Shown here piece by piece: positions 33,801 to 35,503 of a DNA stretch of 35,503 nucleotides (position 1 is its first letter; every line of letters starts with the position of its first letter). Below the pieces are notes generated by a model. It had not been told where the DNA came from. It searched no databases and was given only the letters and a program-made list of their open reading frames with translations. A program made the position numbers and the translations under genes. The DNA is taken from positions 1 through 35,503 of the forward strand of contig DF237712.1 of assembly GCA_000708835.1 (NCBI GenBank), given 5' to 3'. The stretch comes from Klebsormidium nitens (lineage: Eukaryota; Plantae; Klebsormidiophyceae).

Positions 33801-34789
33801 CTTTCGGCGTCTCGCATCGCAACTCCACCGAGCCCACCCCGGCTACTTCAAGGAACCCCTTGTTCCCAAACTTGATTGCACGACTCCCCGGCTCAAGCAT
33901 CTCCAACGTTGAGATGAGCTCTTGACCCCCGTCATGTGTTGGCTAGCCCCCGTGTCAACAATCCACCTTCCGGTTTCCGCCCCTTCTCCGGCTACAAAGG
34001 CAACCCCTTGCCGGCCCCTTTCTTTGGGCACTCCCTCTTGAAGTGGTCCAGGCTACCGCATATGTAGCAGTTAGTTCTCGACTTGGGCTTCTCCGGCTCA
34101 CGAGACCCGGACTGGCACTCTCTCTCAAAGTGCCCCAACTTACCACACTTGTGGCAAGCCATAAAAGTCTTTCCGGGCCACCTTTGCCCTTGCCGGCAAA
34201 GTTGCCACCCTTGTCCGAGTAGGCCACCGCCGAGCCCGAGCCCCCGCTATCTTGCTCCCCAAGAAGCCCATGCCTTTGCTCAAACACTTTCAACGTCGGA
34301 AGAAGCTCTTCCACCTTGCCGAGCTCCTCCTTGGTGGTAGTCAACACCGTTACTACCCCCTCAAACCGGCTTGACACCCCGGCAAGCACGCTAAAGGATA
34401 GATCATCCGGCGTCATGTCCGAGCCGGCGGCTAGCAAATTCCGGTAAAGGTCTTGGGCTCAACCCACATACGTGGCAACGGACTCACCGGGTTGCATCTT
34501 GAGGATGGGAGTTGCAACTTCCGAGCCGCACTTTTGCTCCTTTAGATCGTTTCCCGCGCATCCCACGCTACCTTGGCATTCTCAGCGTTTAAGATTGCCC
34601 CAAGGTGTTGTTGCCAGACGTGCAAACCTATCAAAGCTTTGGCTTCCTCGGTCCTCTCTGCATCACCGGCCGGGTCCGTTCCCCTTTCCACAACTTCTTG
34701 TGTGTCAGGAGAAGTTGCATCCTCTGTGACCACAACGTATAGTTGTCAACATCTAAAGGCTCTATGTGAACCTTGAGTCCTTCAGCCAT
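30842..34789 (-). pseudogene. gag-pol: gag-pol polyprotein pseudogene
   Basis: IEPLDVDNYTLWSQRM, two CCHC knuckles, WIVDTGASQHMT, LELVHMDVCGP, QTDRGGEY, QNGSAE, YKPRLVAKG, HQMDVK, VWVDDIL, HCDNQGAI, ADIFTKAL. Frameshifts, plus a deletion of the RT C-terminus and RH N-terminus near 31110. Confidence 0.95.
31172..31575 (+). repeat. Solo LTR family E (copy 2)
   Basis: TGTTG...CAACA with perfect TSD CTTCT, inserted in RT. Confidence 0.95.
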
Positions 34790-34985
34790 GGTTACCGGTA
34801 GCAAAAAACAACGCTTCTTGGGCTGGGCACTCCTTTGTGCCGAGAGTGATCTATGGATATTTTCACAGGCGTCGCAAGATGGAGTGCTATTCCACTCCTT
34901 TAGCCCCCACTGCAATACCTCTCACCAACCTAGAATTGTTGTTGCTAGCAACGGCTTACTACTCTCCCCTCACTCTCTAGCGTTA

Positions 34986-34998
34986 TGGGCCCATAACC
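34986..34998 (-). promoter_or_regulatory. Primer-binding site (half tRNA-iMet type)
   Basis: GGTTATGGGCCCA on the minus strand directly after the LTR, complementary to the tRNA-iMet anticodon arm. Confidence 0.88.
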
Positions 34999-35320
34999 TG
35001 TTGAAAGCAAGCCCTTTCAAGTGCATAACTACTAGGAATGAGTGTGGTTCTTTTGCTACATCAGTCTAAGTCTTATACCCGAGCTCAAGCCTAGCTATTA
35101 CCCTGGGTGTTTCAATCGATAAATCGACGGTCCCTATTCGACGTTGCCTAACAACCCATCGAACAGCTACACCGAAGTACACACCACAAAAGAACCCATG
35201 AACAATGGACTCAATCCTACGGCTTACCTTTTGCACATCCTACGGTGGATATTCAATCATGCAAGCTACAATCGTACGGCCAACCTTATGCATCAGACCT
35301 ACGATTCTTTGGATGATATA
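34999..35320 (-). repeat. 5' LTR family D (partial)
   Basis: Matches 30443-30820 up to the point where the LTR A sequence begins. Confidence 0.9.
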
Positions 35321-35503
35321 TGTTGAAACACAGCGTTGTTGGAAGTGATATTCAATCAATCAAGTTCACACAATGTATATGGAGTGTTCCAAGTCACGGC
35401 CTATCTCTAGGTCTACACTCTAGCCTAGTAGGCTCAGTGGACCGTCACCTAATAAGTCCGAAAATTTCACTCTATACCGTACATCTACGGCCATTATCGA
35501 ACC
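35321..35503 (-). repeat. LTR family A, 3' portion, runs off the window
   Basis: Reverse complement aligns with 5702-5941, and 35321-35375 is the exact reverse complement of 1-55. Confidence 0.9.

Larger units (their letters stand above)
30443..35320 (-). mobile_element. Near full-length Ty1/copia element (family D LTRs), defective
   Basis: 3' LTR 30443-30820, PPT GCGTGGGGGAG, gag-PR-IN-RT-RH order, PBS, and 5' LTR 34999-35320 cut by an LTR A copy. Confidence 0.95.

Overview
Eukaryotic, transposon-saturated 35.5-kb block (about 50% GC by eye). I found no intact host gene, RNA gene or CRISPR array. It is a nested stack of degenerate Ty1/copia LTR retrotransposons: three pol-bearing copies, two gag-protease-only elements, one gag remnant and about eight solo LTRs, several with readable 5-bp TSDs. 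All four recognisable PBSs match the anticodon arm of initiator tRNA-Met (half-tRNA priming). The window also holds a Ty3/gypsy RT-RNaseH pseudogene and a 4.6-kb DNA transposon (7633-12239) with 43-bp CMC-type TIRs, a 2-bp TSD and a Plavaka/CACTA-like transposase C-terminal exon. A PIF1-helicase exon remnant follows a degenerate ~190-bp tandem array, and a ~480-bp hairpin-bearing insertion sits in one gag. The two window ends carry identical, inward-facing LTR 3' ends. The most notable candidates are: (i) a non-autonomous Gag-PR-acidic/basic-tail copia architecture seen twice with unrelated LTRs; (ii) modular LTRs that share termini and R/U5 but have different U3 blocks; (iii) the CMC/Plavaka-type element with unassigned cargo. 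A green-lineage alga as host is a low-confidence guess. LTR family letters A-H are my own labels, and all alignments were done by eye.
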